Assembly: GCA_964016885.1 (NCBI GenBank)
Contig: OZ024761.1
Coordinates: 10,788,001-10,852,000 of the forward strand
Reading direction: 5' to 3'
Source of the DNA: Eledone cirrhosa
Taxonomy: Eukaryota
Length of the DNA: 64,000 nucleotides
The position numbers and the translations under genes were made by a program. The notes below the pieces were generated by a model. That model searched no databases. It saw only the letters and a program-made list of their open reading frames with translations, and was not told the DNA's origin. Of this stretch, positions 25,953-41,330 are shown one piece after another. Numbering within the stretch: position 1 is the stretch's first letter; each line of letters opens with the position of its first letter.

Positions 25953-28286
25953 CTTTTCAGAACAATTAATATGTAGGTAACATACATAGCCTTAGAGAGA
26001 TCTGTATTTGTAATAGTTAGTATCGATTTGGGTAATCTTAAGACCATGATTCCAATCATCAATATATGTATTGATTAAACCTAAATATAGTATATAAAGA
26101 AGTGGATTTTAAAATATGCAATGATAGTGTCGAGAGAAGGCTTAATTAGTTACTTCTAACAATGTACCACTATGAATAAGACAGAAGGCGGTGTATGTAG
26201 ATAGAATGTTTAGTTTTCCTGAGTATGAAGGGGTTTTAATTATTATTCTTAGTAAAAAGACGGTTATATTATACATATACGTCTTTAACATTCCTCCTGT
26301 ATATGAAGAGTAGTGAAATATATTCTTGTATCTCAGGAATAACTACGTGTTTATCGATGAATTTAAGGGACAACTAAAACATTACATACCTCTTTAGAAG
26401 AATGAAGGTGTATATATAAATGTAGCTTTATATGTGTATATTGATCTAGATAGGAAACGTTTCTTCCAGTGTATGGATTATAGAGGTGAATGCATATACT
26501 AAAGAATGTTAATATATATCTAAGACTGTATTTTCGAGTGTTTAGCAATGAATTAAAATATACATGGCAAATAAAGCGTTCGTATAGGTAAATTAGAGGG
26601 TATTTTACCTCAGCTAAAGAACATTTATATATATATAAATCTAGTTTTGTGTGTGTATTTAGGTTTAAATAAAACAATATGTACGTCTCTAGAATCTTTC
26701 TGTATATAGAATAATTGTTTCTACTTTTGGCACAAGGCCAGCAATTATCCAGTGCATTACTGGTACTTTATTTTATCGACCCCATAAGGATGAAAGGCAT
26801 ATAGAATAATGTATGCCTGTGAGTGTATATACGGCAAATAAAACATTACATACCTCTCACCATTAGTATAATATCCAGACTGATTCTATCAAATTACACG
26901 AGTAAATCCAAACGATGTTAACAGTTTAATTCAATAAAGAAGAATGACAACAAACGAGAATAGTTCCAATCAGGGGCAAGTAATTCAAACGATAACTCTC
27001 GGCGAATTTTTTAGTAAAACTCAATGCGAGGTGGGGACGCAGGCCAGCATAAAGCCTGGCTGCCGCCGCAACGATTCGATCTTCAGACACATAGAATGGT
27101 CATGCCATACCGAAGTACGACAGCGAAGCCCGAAATGTTACGTGCAGCGTCATGCACAGAGCGCAACTCTACTGAGTAAATTAGTAATACTTATAGTTAG
27201 AATTTTATTTATTAAAATATATATATATATATAGAAACGGAACGAAGACGAGATAACTGAGGGCGTGGAGAAATATCTCTTTCTGAATATATTTCGTATG
27301 GTGAGAGTTGAGATCTCTACCGAATAATTATCAATATTATACTTCGTCTCCGAAATATTTTCAGAAAGAAATTACTTTTTCACGACCGTGTTACCTTACT
27401 TTCATCCCGTTTTTATATGTAACAAGTTTAAACTACTAGTATTTAATACATATATATATACAGAACAATAAGTATATTTACTTCAAGATAGTAATGTTTA
27501 TGTTAATAAAGAAAATAAAAAATGCAAACCATCGATCTTAGTAATTAGTATCAATCACTAATTATCTATTTTGGTAATAAACATCTTAAGACCATGATTT
27601 CCTTCATCGATATGTGATTAGACCAAAATTTAGTATAATATATAAAAACTGTTCTCAGCTTATGACCAGTTTGCTTGGTGTTAAGTGTCTGAGAGTACAA
27701 GATTCTCCCTGGATAGTACGCTGGTCTACCACAGGACTAACTCCTCGGCTGTGAGTACTGGAGCAATGTGATGAATGCAGAACTTCCAAACTGTGAGAGT
27801 TACATGTATGCATGGACCTGCAACTTCTAAGGGAGTCATACAGGCCACACATTGACATACAGTATTTCTAGGGCACTTTTTAAAACCTGGCAGACCCATC
27901 TCCTCTCCAGGTCTGAATACAGCAGATTTCTTCCAGAGAAACAGAAGAATCAACCTCAATACTAGACTGGTACTTTGTTTTATCAACCTCAAATGGATGA
28001 AAGGCAAAGTTGACCTCAGCAGGATTTTAATTCAGAGAACTGAAGGCATTCTGTTACATTCATATATACATACTTACTTTGTCTAATAAACAAAACATCT
28101 TCTCTCTCTACACACATAACATATAAAGCTACATTTATATATACCTCTTCTAAGAAATTAAACCTACTCTAGACTTACACATAGATACAGTTATATATAA
28201 ATACTTACCTTGTCAAATAAACACAACTAAATCTTCTCTAGTCAGACACACAAAGCTACATTTATATAAACATTCTTCTCTACAAA

Positions 28287-28352
28287 AGAGGATCAGCTGA
28301 AAAGCTCATAGGCTGGCTTTGAAGAAGTGATGCTAGAACTGCGAGATATTGT
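28287..28352 (+). mobile_element. Degraded Tc1/mariner-like terminus
   Basis: gaggatcagctgaaaagctcataggctg..gaagaagtgatgctagaactg is the reverse complement of the end of the 88-bp arrays. The family call is from recall. Confidence 0.5.
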
Positions 28353-28852
28353 AGTTAGGTTCATTATCATAGGACTTGGTGGAGCAATCAAAATTCACTG
28401 CCAACTCGTGTACAACTTTATGATGTTCTTGATTCATCGGTGAAAAAGAATGACTCTGGTAGTTCTGTTTCATGTGAGGAAGACAAAAGGAAACCTTCAG
28501 AGTGTGCATTGAGCAATATGGGATATTTCTAGAATGTAACTAATGCCAACTTGAATCATCCTTGGACATCATCATACATAGTATATATATATAGTGTGTT
28601 TAGTACAGTGTACTTGTAGCTAACTAGGTATTTGGTTTTATGAAATGAAAGGGACAAAAAAACAAACTATATATATACACTGATACTTCAATGTGTTATA
28701 AGCAATCCAATACCACTGTTGGATACATAGAGTGCTTAATGCTGCTTACACCAAAGTTTATGGATTAAGGTGGTGCAAACACAACACTTAAATAAAGGAA
28801 ACAATATATGTCCATAGTACAGAAAATTCTTATAATATATATATATATATAC

Positions 28853-29275
28853 ATCTCGGGCTGGATTCTGTTGAGGGTCTTTGCCACAAGTGACATCAAT
28901 GAGATTCCCCTGTAGTTGTTCATGTTAGAAAGATCTCCCTTCTTTGGTACTGAGATGATGTTAGTGATCAAGGGCAACTTTCTCCAGTGCCTGGTTACAG
29001 AACTCCAGGATGATATCATCAAAATAACACCTCTTCATCACTTTTGATGCCTCTCCATGGGTCTCGATCTTCTTGGTTCGCTGAAGCCCCTCTCTGGCGA
29101 AGGTCCTGTCTCAATATCCAGTTCCTCAAACAGCTGTCTGATCTCCCTGGTATTCTGGGCTGTCGAAGGTGGCTCTCCTAGTAGGGTCTTAAAATGGTCC
29201 AGCCTCTTCTTATCCCCAGATCTAACTCAAACTCCCTCTCTTCCTTCCTGTAATCTCGTTGATCATCATCCAGCT
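28853..29275 (-). mobile_element. Decayed RTE-type LINE RT fragment
   Basis: IISVPKKGDLSNMNNYRGISLMSLVAK. Confidence 0.7.
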
Positions 29276-31040
29276 CTCTTTACACTTACATATATATATA
29301 TATATATACACTGACCTCCTACAAGGTTACATCTCGAAGGAGGTTTACACCAGTTCTTTTATCCCGAAACTTTTTCAGGAACTGTGGACAAGGAGTTTCT
29401 TATGGTTGTAGGTTTTTTTGAAAGGGGAAAAATAACAGAAGGTTATTGTCGTGTGAAGGAGGAAGATTGGTAGAGCAATGGACTCCTAAGTTACCCTTAC
29501 CAGTGTCTGTGAACAGGATGGAAAGGTATCCATGGTTAGTGAAAAACCTAACCATTGTTTCAGCTACAGCAGCAGAGGAATTAAGTTATGGTGGGTTTGA
29601 AGAAAACAGAGTTGGATGTCTTCAATGTAGTGACTATATAGACCAGAGGATTTCAACATAACTGATGAGTGTTTCATTGGAGACCAGCAACCTCTGAGGA
29701 GCAGGGACTACAGTAGTAGAGATAGAATAGGCAGAGGGAACGGCATATTTAGGGGCTGGGGAGAAGCAGAGACCACTGTAGTAGAGGTAGAGAGGGAACA
29801 TCATATTTATGGGCTGGGGAGGAGCAGAGACCATTGTAGTAGAGGTATAATGTACAGAAGGAGGAGAGACAATAATTGTGGACCAGAGCCTGTTGAATTG
29901 TTGATAAATCTGGAGTGTCATCCCTTAATGTAGCAACCTTGTCAACATGAATGTCCTTGGGGGATAAACCCCTTTTCTACAGGTACTTGATAATACCACG
30001 ATGCCAAATGTTGTCCATTTTCAAGAGGTCATTACTAATTACATTTGAAGTCCTCTTTCAACAGTCAGATGTCAATTTACTTGGAAAGAAACAATGCAGT
30101 TATTAATAAGAAGGCTTGAAATTAATTCATGCAAGATTTCCCAGCTCTAGCATCAGTCCTTCATAGTCAGCCAACCTTCGTACTTCTGCTGGGTCAAGCC
30201 CGACGGGGGCTGACGTCTTAAACAAGCCCCAACAAATAAGAAAGATTTAGAAGAGAATATACTAATTACGAGATATTCACACAAAAGTGACATTAGAATT
30301 ATTGCTGGAAATAGCAGCCAAATATTTATCGCTCGCCACGTTTTAAAATAATGAAGGACACATTAGAAGATGTAGTTTTAGATAGTCATATATACACATA
30401 TTGGTCAACGCTGGAATCTCATTGATTCTATATACATAAGTCGGTTCTCAGAGGACCTATTCAGGTTATGGGAACCGTTTGTCCCCCGTGTAAAAATTTG
30501 GCGTATATATATATAATTTCGAGTATATATATATATACACTTATATATGTCTGTATGCATTTTGTTGGGGTTTAAATGGTGAAAATTTCATAAGGTAGCT
30601 GTTGTTTACTTTCATTGACAAGTCAGACCTGAGCGATCAAGACATATATTTACATATACATAATCAAAAGTAAAAACATTGTTAATATCTTCCTACACAG
30701 ATAAAATATAAAAGATTGTATTTACATGTGTCACAGCTAATTCACCTCCGTAATTCTTAGGAAACCTGGCTTCTATTTCTAGCAAGTGGAGCGTAGACGT
30801 AGAGACGTGTTGCTGTTTACTTTTATTCACAGGTCTTGAACGAGCAAGACAAGATGACCCGACATGTGTGTAATCGATGGTATACCTGCCGTGACCATCC
30901 TGTGTTTATATGATTATCAAGGTACCCACATCTACATCGTTGAATGCACCTTTCATTGTTTTAAAAGGGGTTGTAGAAGACAGAACATCTGAGGGTGAGA
31001 GGCCGGAGATCGTCAGTGAGTAGCTTTAAATTAATTAGCC

Positions 31041-31130
<90 letters not shown>

Positions 31131-31204
31131 TTATATATATATATACATTTATATATATATATACATTTATATATATATACATTTATATATATATATATAC
31201 ATTT

Positions 31205-31236
<32 letters not shown>

Positions 31237-31295
31237 ATATATATATATAATAAATAAATAACAAAGAACGCTTATAGCATATGCATATCTTTACT

Positions 31296-31341
31296 TGCTA
31301 ACATTGTTTCATCCGCACTATAAGTGGGACTCATCAGAGCA
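31296..31341 (-). ncRNA. Hammerhead ribozyme, family D (inverted arm)
   Basis: Reverse complement of 34242-34287. Confidence 0.72.
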
Positions 31342-32006
31342 TAAAGGTTAATTACATACCATACAAGCAATAACAAATCCAAGACATTGAAGAATGAAAG
31401 GTAATAATAGACGATAGAGGATAAGAATAAAAATAAAAATAAAAATAAAAGTAAAAATAAAAATAAAAATAAAAATAAGGGGTGCTATCAGTCACAGTTG
31501 GGCGGGGTGCTGTCAACATATAGTTACATACAAGCATACACATGGATAAGAGAACAGACAAGAGTAGACACATGGATAAGAGAACAGACAAGAGTAGATA
31601 AGATAATGGGATTAGGTAAGAGTAGGTAAAAAATAGGTAAAAAATAGGTGAAAAACAGACTTATAATATATATAAAAAGAAATACAAAGAAATACATAAC
31701 AAACTTACATATAAAATATAAAATATAGGGTAAGGAATGAGATAAAATAATATAAAATTAAAAATTAAAAATTATATACATAGAACATAATATAGTATAA
31801 TCGTAAAATAAGATAAAATAAGGTAAACTAAAATCAAATAACATAGACTAAATTAAAATAATATAATATAAGATATAATTAAATGTATAATTAAATGTAA
31901 TTAAATGTAATTAAATAAATAAATAAATAAATAAATAAAAATTAAATAAATAAATAAAATTTAAATTTAAATTTTAAAATTTTAAAATTAAAATTTAAAT
32001 TTAAAT

Positions 32007-32050
<44 letters not shown>

Positions 32051-33514
32051 ATGGAGTCAAGTAAGTAAATAAATAAAATTAGATAACATGAAATGAAATA
32101 AAATAAAATGAAATAAAGTAAATTGAGATAAGATATATATTTTTTTAGAATATATCTCTTGAATATATCAGGGGCCCACGAAGGCACTAAATGTCACAGT
32201 TATGTGTATCACTTGACCAATTTTTTAAAATATATTTCTTGAAAACATCAGGGGCCCACGAAGGCACTAAGTGTCACAGTCACCAGTATCACTTGACCAT
32301 TGCAAGGCAATGGAGGCGTCCCAGGTTGGGCAGTCTCGAAAGTTCACTCGAAAGTCATGGGTGTGCATTCACACAGTTGAGCGGTGGGGTAATCACAAAC
32401 CGGTTCACACACGGGCAGGAGTCAAATGGTCAGAGAGAGGTGCATCGAAGGAGGTAGAAGAATTCACATGCATTAGCAAGCGAGGTGAGGTTAAAGCAAG
32501 CAGACACAGTTGTAGCGCATACAAAATATATATAAAAAGACAGAAGATATATAAAAAAAAATAGCTTCAAGAGCCATTAAGTCACCGCATTGGGACATCA
32601 CAAGATTGTACACAGCAATATGTTCAGCACGTATATGCACGTATACACACCACATGCATATGCAGAGACGGTATACATATATATATATATATTTTTTTTT
32701 ATATATACACAGACACATATAACCACCTACACCCATACACATATAAATGTATACACGGACACACACGCACACACACACAGCGTAGGACACCCGGGTCAAA
32801 GCCGATATTAAATACGATATTAAATACGATATTAAACACCGAAATACCACATTAGACCAGACCCACCACCACAGGTAATATATTCAAAACAAATACATAC
32901 GATGAGATGTATTAAAATAAAGTTGAAATCCTACGGAGATATTCATGTCTGCACGTGCCATTGACCGATTCGAGTGTACACAGACCGTTAGTAACTACGG
33001 AGGGCCATCGGGGCCAAAACGTTACTTTCGGGATCATAAAAACGACCGTCTACAACTGTGTCTGCTTGCTTTAACCTCACCTCGCTTGCTAATGCATGTG
33101 AATTCTTCTACCTCCTTCGATGCACCTCTCTCTGACCATTTGACTCCTGCCCGTGTGTGAACCGGTTTGTGATTACCCCACCGCTCAACTGTGTGAATGC
33201 ACACCCATGACTTTCGAGTGAACTTTCGAGACTGCCCAACCTGGGACGCCTCCATTGCCTTGCAATGGTCAAGTGATACTGGTGACTGTGACACTTAGTG
33301 CCTTCGTGGGCCCCTGATGTTTTCAAGAAATATATTTTAAAAAATTGGTCAAGTGATACACATAACTGTGACATTTAGTGCCTTCGTGGGCCCCTGATAT
33401 ATTCAAGAGATATATTCTAAAAAAATATATATCTTATCTCAATTTACTTTATTTCATTTTATTTTATTTCATTTCATGTTATCTAATTTTATTTATTTAC
33501 TTACTTGACTCCAT

Positions 33515-33545
<31 letters not shown>

Positions 33546-34241
33546 TTAATTTATTTAAATTTAAATTTAAATTTTAATTTTAAAATTTTAAAATTTAAAT
33601 TTAAATTTTATTTATTTATTTAATTTTTATTTATTTATTTATTTATTTATTTAATTACATTTAATTACATTTAATTATACATTTAATTATATCTTATATT
33701 ATATTATTTTAATTTAGTCTATGTTATTTGATTTTAGTTTACCTTATTTTATCTTATTTTACGATTATACTATATTATGTTCTATGTATATAATTTTTAA
33801 TTTTTAATTTTATATTATTTTATCTCATTCCTTACCCTATATTTTATATTTTATATGTAAGTTTGTTATGTATTTCTTTGTATTTCTTTTTATATATATT
33901 ATAAGTCTGTTTTTCACCTATTTTTTACCTATTTTTTACCTACTCTTACCTAATCCCATTATCTTATCTACTCTTGTCTGTTCTCTTATCCATGTGTCTA
34001 CTCTTGTCTGTTCTCTTATCCATGTGTATGCTTGTATGTAACTATATGTTGACAGCACCCCGCCCAACTGTGACTGATAGCACCCCTTATTTTTATTTTT
34101 ATTTTTATTTTTACTTTTATTTTTATTTTTATTTTTATTTTTATTTTTATTTTTATTCTTATCCTCTATCGTCTATTATTACCTTTCATTCTTCAATGTC
34201 TTGGATTTGTTATTGCTTGTATGGTATGTAATTAACCTTTA

Positions 34242-34287
34242 TGCTCTGATGAGTCCCACTTATAGTGCGGATGAAACAATGTTAGCA
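34242..34287 (+). ncRNA. Hammerhead ribozyme, family D
   Basis: tgct-CTGATGA-gtcccact tat agtgcggat-GAAA-caatg-TT-agca. The predicted cleavage triplet is GUU. Confidence 0.75.
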
Positions 34288-34777
34288 AGTAAAGATATGC
34301 ATATGCTATAAGCGTTCTTTGTTATTTATTTATTATATTACGGCTCTGTCCTCAGACATTGAGCTAACCTCATACTGCCTGCTGGATAAGTGGAGTGTTA
34401 TACACCCCTGATCCTTTCCCTAGCATACTATATATATATATACACATGTATATATATATATACACATATACTCTTTTACCTGTTTCAGCCATCCGGCTGA
34501 GGCCATGCTGGGGCACCGCCCTTGTTGCTACACATTTTATCTCCAGCCTGTATAGGTTGCCCACTGGTGTAGGAGGGAGTTTGTTGCTGCTGCCCTTAGG
34601 TTTCCCTCGTGTCTTGCTGTGGGCTCATCCGGGATCCTGGATAACAAGGTGTCGAGATGTTTCTTGAAGACATCCACCTCCACGTCATGCAAATCTCTCA
34701 TGTATATATATATACATGTATATATATACATGTATATATATATATATACATGTATATATAACTATATATATATATAT

Positions 34778-35882
34778 AGCATCACTCCTTCATAGGCTGA
34801 CCAAGATACTCTCATGGAATGACCAAATGAGGTTTATTTTTCAACATGCAAGATTTCACAGCTCTAGCATCACTCCTTCATAGGCTGACCAAGATACTCT
34901 CATGGAATGACCAAATGAGGTATATTTTTCAACATGCAAGATTTCACAGCTCTAGCATCACTCCTTCATAGGGTGACCAAGATACTCTCATGGAATGACC
35001 AAATGAGGTTTATTTTTCAACATGCAAGATTGCACAGCTCTAGCATCACTCTTTCATAGGCTGACCAAGATACTCTCATGGAATGACCAAATGAGGTTTA
35101 TTTTTCAACATGCAAGATTGCACAGCTCTAGCATCAATCCTTCATAGGCTGACCAAGATACTCTCATGGAATGACCAAATGAGGTTTATTTTTCAACATG
35201 CAAGATTGCACAGCTCTAGCATCACTCCTTCATAGGCTGACCAAGATACTCACATGGAATGATGAAAATGAGGTTTATTTTTCATCATGCAAGATTTCAC
35301 AGCTCTAGCATCACTCCTTCATAGGCTGACCTAGATACTCACATGGAATGACGAAATGAGGTATATTTTTCAACATGCAAGATTGCACAGCTCTAGCATC
35401 ACTCCTTCATAGGCTGACCAAGATACTCTCATGGAATGACCAAATGAGGTTTATTTTTCAACATGCAAGATTGCACAGCTCTAGCATCACTCCTTCATAG
35501 GCTGACCAAGATACTCACATGGAATGATGAAAATGAGGTTTATTTTTCAACATGCAAGATTTCACAGCTCTAGCATCACTCCTTCATAGGCTGACCTAGA
35601 TACTCACATGGAATGACCATATGAGGTTTATTTTTCAACATGCAAGATTGCACAGCTCTAGCATCACTCCTTCATAGGCTGACCAAGATACTCTCATGGA
35701 ATGACCAAATGAGGTTTATTTTTCCACATGCAAGATTGCACAGCCCTAGCATCACTCCTTCATAGGCTGACCAAGATACTCTCATGGAATGACCAAATGA
35801 GGTTTATTTTTCAACATGCAAGATTGCACAGCCCTAGCATCACTCTTTCATAGTGAGCCTATGAACTTTTAAGCCTACCTTA
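34778..35882. repeat. 88-bp tandem repeat, about 12 copies, ending in a transposon-TIR-like segment
   Basis: Same unit as 13331-13975. It ends in ..ttcatagtgagcctatgaacttttaagcctacctta. Confidence 0.93.
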
Positions 35883-35923
35883 TATGCAAACAATGTAAGT
35901 ATATACAAATAATTACTAAGAAA

Positions 35924-36362
35924 TTCGAAATAATTTTTGCACCCATTTTTGCGATTAAGTAAAGACGGAGTTATCGTTCTTGAGATTTCGGCTCGGGGAA
36001 ATTTAAGGAACTGATGTCGCTAAATCGCCAAATCATTTACCTGCCCCGTTGCATCATGGGAGGGTAATGGCTGCCTTTTATTTTTCGAAAACCATGTCAG
36101 TCTTTTTAATATCTTTCTCGCTAAAATGTTTTAATTATTTACTTATATGAAACAAGGAAAAAGATGCTGCGAAAGAAACTAAAGAATCTGCCATCGTTTA
36201 AAAAATAAAAGGCAGCCATTACCCTCCCATGAGGCAACGGGGCAGGTAAATGATTTGGCGATTTAGCGACATCAGTTCCTTAAATTTCACCAGGACGAAA
36301 TCTCAAGAACGATAACTCTGTATTTACTTAATCGCAAAAATGGGTGCAAAAATTATTTCGAA
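35924..36362. mobile_element. Fold-back/MITE-like element with arms of about 160-175 bp
   Basis: 35924-36085 is the imperfect reverse complement of 36201-36362. Only the left arm is present in the paralogous copy at about 14002-14270. Confidence 0.75.
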
Positions 36363-36459
36363 ACAACACTTGCTATGGACGAAAACGAGAATATTAAAAG
36401 TATTTTGTGGATTTTTAATAGGTGAACACACCATTATATATATATATACGTATATATCC

Positions 36460-36492
<33 letters not shown>

Positions 36493-36608
36493 CATGTATA
36501 TATATATACATGTATAGATATATATATATATATACATGTATATATACATGTATATATATATATATATACATGTATATATAACTATATATATATATAGTTA
36601 TATATACA

Positions 36609-36670
<62 letters not shown>

Positions 36671-36800
36671 TATATACATATATATATACATATACATAAC
36701 TGTATATATATATAGTTATATATACATGCATATATATATATACATGTATATATAACTATATATATAGTTATATATACATGTATATATATATACATGTTTA

Positions 36801-37812
36801 CATATATCTATACACATATATAGAACACTAGGAGTACTGGATATTTTTAACCTTCATCTATTTCAAATTTGACATTATGTCTGTCTCCCAAATTACACAT
36901 ATTTAAATTTATTACCACATCTTCATAACTCTACACTACCCTAGCTTGTAGATTTTAGGATTTTTGCCCTACGATTAAGCTTTTATTGATGCAATAGCAG
37001 ATAGATAGCACACTACTCACATACTACACACACACTACACACACACATACATATTACACACTTCACGCATACACATACTATATTTAATGTTATTTTTCTG
37101 ATTGTTACCGTCTAAATTGACTTACTCATTGCAGTGTCTTATAAGCTGTGAAATATAATATAATATATATACATACATATATATATATGTAAATATATAT
37201 TTGTATATGTGTGTTGAGACAGTAAAAGCTAAAAGCTTAACCATAGGGCAGAAAATCCTTATATATATATATATATAGGAAGGGCATCCAACCAGTATAT
37301 ATTAATGCCGAAAATTATGAGCACATCAAATGAATATATATATATATATACATTCATACATACATACATACATATATACATATGTTTATTTATTTCTCTT
37401 TGTATAGTCTCTTAACTTTTTCTGGTTCCAAAATTTAAATATTGTTCTTCATACATTGACGAAAGTTATGAAGAAATTTGGGGATGGATATAAAAAAAAT
37501 AATAAAACCTCACACAAATGATGTGTATCTGTTTTGGAAATATTCAAACCTTGCAGCGTCCATCCCTGTCCATCCCTGTCCAAGACTAAACACAGTCGAT
37601 TTCTTCCAAGAGAGAAAGAGAAAAAGAAGGAGAGATAAAGAGAAAGAATTGACCCCAGTATTTAACTGGTACTTTATTTATCAACCTCGAAAGGACGAAA
37701 GGTTAAGTTGACCTTTAGCAGGTTTTGAAACTTGGAATGCCCAAAGAGCTGGAATGAAGGCCACCAAAGCATTCTACATGATGTTCTAATGACTGTCAAT
37801 TTGTCACTGAGC

Positions 37813-37813
<1 letters not shown>
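36801..37813 (+). repeat. Direct segmental duplication of about 1 kb, second copy at 42609-43621 (identity continues into the microsatellite)
   Basis: Near-identical sequence with few substitutions; the same 77-aa ORFs appear in the track. Confidence 0.93.
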
Positions 37814-37844
<31 letters not shown>

Positions 37845-37899
37845 TTATATATATATATATATACACACATTTATATATATATATATATATACACACATT

Positions 37900-37931
<32 letters not shown>

Positions 37932-37953
37932 TATATATATATATACACACATT

Positions 37954-37985
<32 letters not shown>

Positions 37986-38038
37986 TATATATATATATAT
38001 ACACACATGTATATATATATATACATATATACACACAT

Positions 38039-38176
<138 letters not shown>

Positions 38177-38250
38177 TTATATATATATATACACACACAT
38201 TTATATATATATATACACACACACATATATATATATATACACACACACAC

Positions 38251-38281
<31 letters not shown>

Positions 38282-38489
38282 TATATATATACACACATAT
38301 ATATATATACATATACATACACATACATATATATATACATATATATGTATATATACATATGTATATATATATATACATATATACATATATATGTATATAT
38401 ATATACATATATATGTATATATATATATATAAATATATATGTATATATATATACATATATATTTATATATATATATATACATATATATA

Positions 38490-39246
38490 TGATCCTGGGT
38501 ACACAAGAGATGTAGCGGGATAGCAGGCAAACTAACAGGTAGGGAGAAATACGTATGCAGTAGATGTACACTGAAATTAGACAGTAGAAGTCGCACTGAT
38601 AGATACATTTTTCAAATGCAGGAAGGCGCTATAGAAGTGGTGGATAGCTTCCGGTACCTAGGAGATCAGATTAGCATGGGAGGGGGTGTTCTGAGGCCAT
38701 AGTATCTAGAATAAGGACGGGTTGGAAGAAGTTTAGGGAGCTGCTTCCTCTGCTGACGAAGAAGGGTTTCTCCCTGCGTACAAAAGGCCAGTTATATGAT
38801 GCCTGTGTGAGGAGCGCGATGCTGCATGGTAGTGAGACATGGGCAGCAGCTGCAGAGGATATGCGACGGCTGGAGAGAAATGAAGCAAGCATGCTCCATT
38901 GAATGTGCAATGTCAATGTGCGAGAACGACCCACCATGGATATGTTGAGAGAGAAACAGTGTCTGAGAGGGATAGAATGAAGTGTGCAGGAGAGGAGACT
39001 GAGGTGGTATGGACATGTGATACGCATGGAGGATGACCGATGGGTGAAGAAATGCCAGTTGAGGGAAGACGTGGTAGAGGTAGACCACGAAAAACATGGG
39101 CGGAGGTGGTGAGAACAGTCCCCAGATTGATGAAACTCACGGTGGAGATGACAAAGGACTGTGACAAGTGGAGAGATGCTGTGCTGAATAAGACCCGTCC
39201 CACCGTTGCAAGCAGGGAAAAGCGGACGTAAAATGATGATGATGAT
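38490..39246 (+). mobile_element. RTE (BovB-like) LINE 3' fragment with stops and frameshifts and a (GAT)n tail
   Basis: EVVDSFRYLGD, RTGWKKFRELLP, SAMLHGSETW, LRWYGHV, GRGRPRKTW. Confidence 0.88.
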
Positions 39247-39343
39247 ATATATACATATTATATATATATTATATATATAATATATATATATATATTATAT
39301 ATATATTATATATATATATATATATTATATATAATAGGGTTAA

Positions 39344-39551
39344 CCCTTTAGCATTTGAACTGGCTGCATCCGGCCAGAATTCTCTCATCGCTTTCTGTTC
39401 AAACCGGTCATAACTAATGACTCATACTGATGTAAAGGTACTGTTCTCAAAATAAATAATATCAAAATCCTATAGAGTCCATATTATGTGAGATAAAGCC
39501 TTTAACACAAAAATATAATAGTATATATAAAGTAATGTAAATGCTAAAGGG
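39344..39551. mobile_element. piggyBac-type MITE
   Basis: 13-bp TIR CCCTTTAGCATTT/AAATGCTAAAGGG with TTAA on both sides. Confidence 0.8.
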
Positions 39552-39841
39552 TTAAGTTGATCCAGATGGTCCCCTCATTTACACCCATGAACTTCACTTC
39601 ACCTCAGACCCCAAACAACCACTTTCCTTTTCAAATAAAAAAATACAAAATAAAATAACAACAACAACAACTGTACAAAGTTCTCTATTGCTTAAAATTA
39701 CAGAAAATAAGAATAAGTTTATATAAATACAATTGTTAGTGTGTAATCCATACAGAGCCAGAACTTACATATTCTGAGAAATTCAAATGTACTTGTATGA
39801 AAAATAACATCTTTTCATTCTCATATATATATGTGTGTGTG

Positions 39842-39891
<50 letters not shown>

Positions 39892-39916
39892 CACACACAT
39901 ATATATATATATGTAC

Positions 39917-39947
<31 letters not shown>

Positions 39948-40230
39948 CACACACATATATATATATATATATGAGAATTATCGTAATTTTGGATTTTGGA
40001 TTTAGATTATATATATATATATATATATATGTATCTATATATATATAGATAGATAGATACATATGTATCTATCTATATATATATATATACATATGTATCT
40101 ATCTATATATATATATATATACATATGTATGGATATATATATATATACATAATGTATCTATATATATATATATAGATAGATACATATCTATATATATATA
40201 TATATATATATATAGATACATATGTATCTA

Positions 40231-40269
<39 letters not shown>

Positions 40270-40570
40270 GTATCTCTCTCTATATATATATATACACACA
40301 TATACATATTTATCTATATATATACATATATACACATATACATATGTATCTATATATATATACACATATACATATGTATCTATATATACATATATATACA
40401 TATACGTAATATATGTATACATATGTATATATATATATACATATACATATGTATACATATGTATATATATATATATACATATGTATACATATTACATATA
40501 TATATATAAACAAACATACATTTATATATACACATACATATATAAATATATATATAGTAAAAAATAATGA

Positions 40571-40790
40571 TTTCTAATTTAAGCACAAGGCCAGCAATTT
40601 TTGGTTGTTGTTGGGGGGGGGGGGGTAATGAAAAGTTGGTTAATTCAACCCCAGTACATTACTAGTACTTTATTTTATCGACCCCCGTAAGGATGAAAGG
40701 CAAAGTTAACCTCAGCGGGATTTGAACTCAGAATGTAAAGGGAGATAACTGGAAAGTCAATCAAATGTAAAGGGAGATAACTGGAAATTC
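40571..40790 (-). mobile_element. SINE fragment (related pieces at about 26718-26800, 27960-28035, 37648-37730, 48880-48945 and, inverted, 53660-53750)
   Basis: Recurrent gcacaaggccagcaat..tactttattttatcgacccc..aggatgaaaggcaaagttgacctcagc..tttgaactc. Confidence 0.7.
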
Positions 40791-41016
40791 AATCATCTGA
40801 GTTTAAAAGTTGGCAGTTTATAAGTTGATGTGTGTTTGTATTCTTTGTTTTACTGGTTTCAGTGATTGGACTGTGGCCATGTTGGGGCATCGCCTGTAAG
40901 TGTTTTCTTTCATCAATCATATTGACTCTAGTTCTTACTTTTATTTCTAAGTCTGGGACATCTTTACTCAAATCTCAAATTGCTATGTGGTGGTGTCATA
41001 AAACACACAGGCATAT

Positions 41017-41330
41017 ATCATCATTTCATTTTACGTCCCCTTTTCCCTGCTTGCAAGGGTGGGACGGGAACTGATTCTGGCTTGATTTCTACAGCTGGAT
41101 GCCCTTCCTAACACCAACCTCATTTACAGTGAGTGCTGGGTGCTTTTTTGCCGTGGCACCTCCACGACCACTTTGCAGTGGAATGATATGGACCCCAGTC
41201 CTATCATCTCATTTCTACAGCTGAGTAAACTGGAGCAATGTGAAATAAAGTGTCTTGCTCAAGGAAACAAGACATCACCTGGTCTGAGAATTGAACTCAC
41301 AACCTTTCGATTGCAAGGCCAATGCTCCTC
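41017..41330 (-). mobile_element. tRNA-derived SINE with an RTE-like tail
   Basis: Near-identical to 55547-55810. B-box GAGTTCAATTC on the - strand. The tail is complementary to the RTE 3' end at 39206-39246. Confidence 0.75.

Larger units (their letters stand above)
31245..34338 (+). mobile_element. Fold-back element: arms 31245-32515 and 33050-34338, spacer 534 bp, one HHR near each outer end (PLE-like, non-coding)
   Basis: The arms are near-perfect reverse complements (mirror ORFs appear in the track). They differ by three copies of an (aaaaat) unit and at least one substitution. Confidence 0.85.

Noticed and set aside
29290-30050. Possible LINE ORF1 remnant or exon
   Set aside because: No motif I could recognise; left unannotated.
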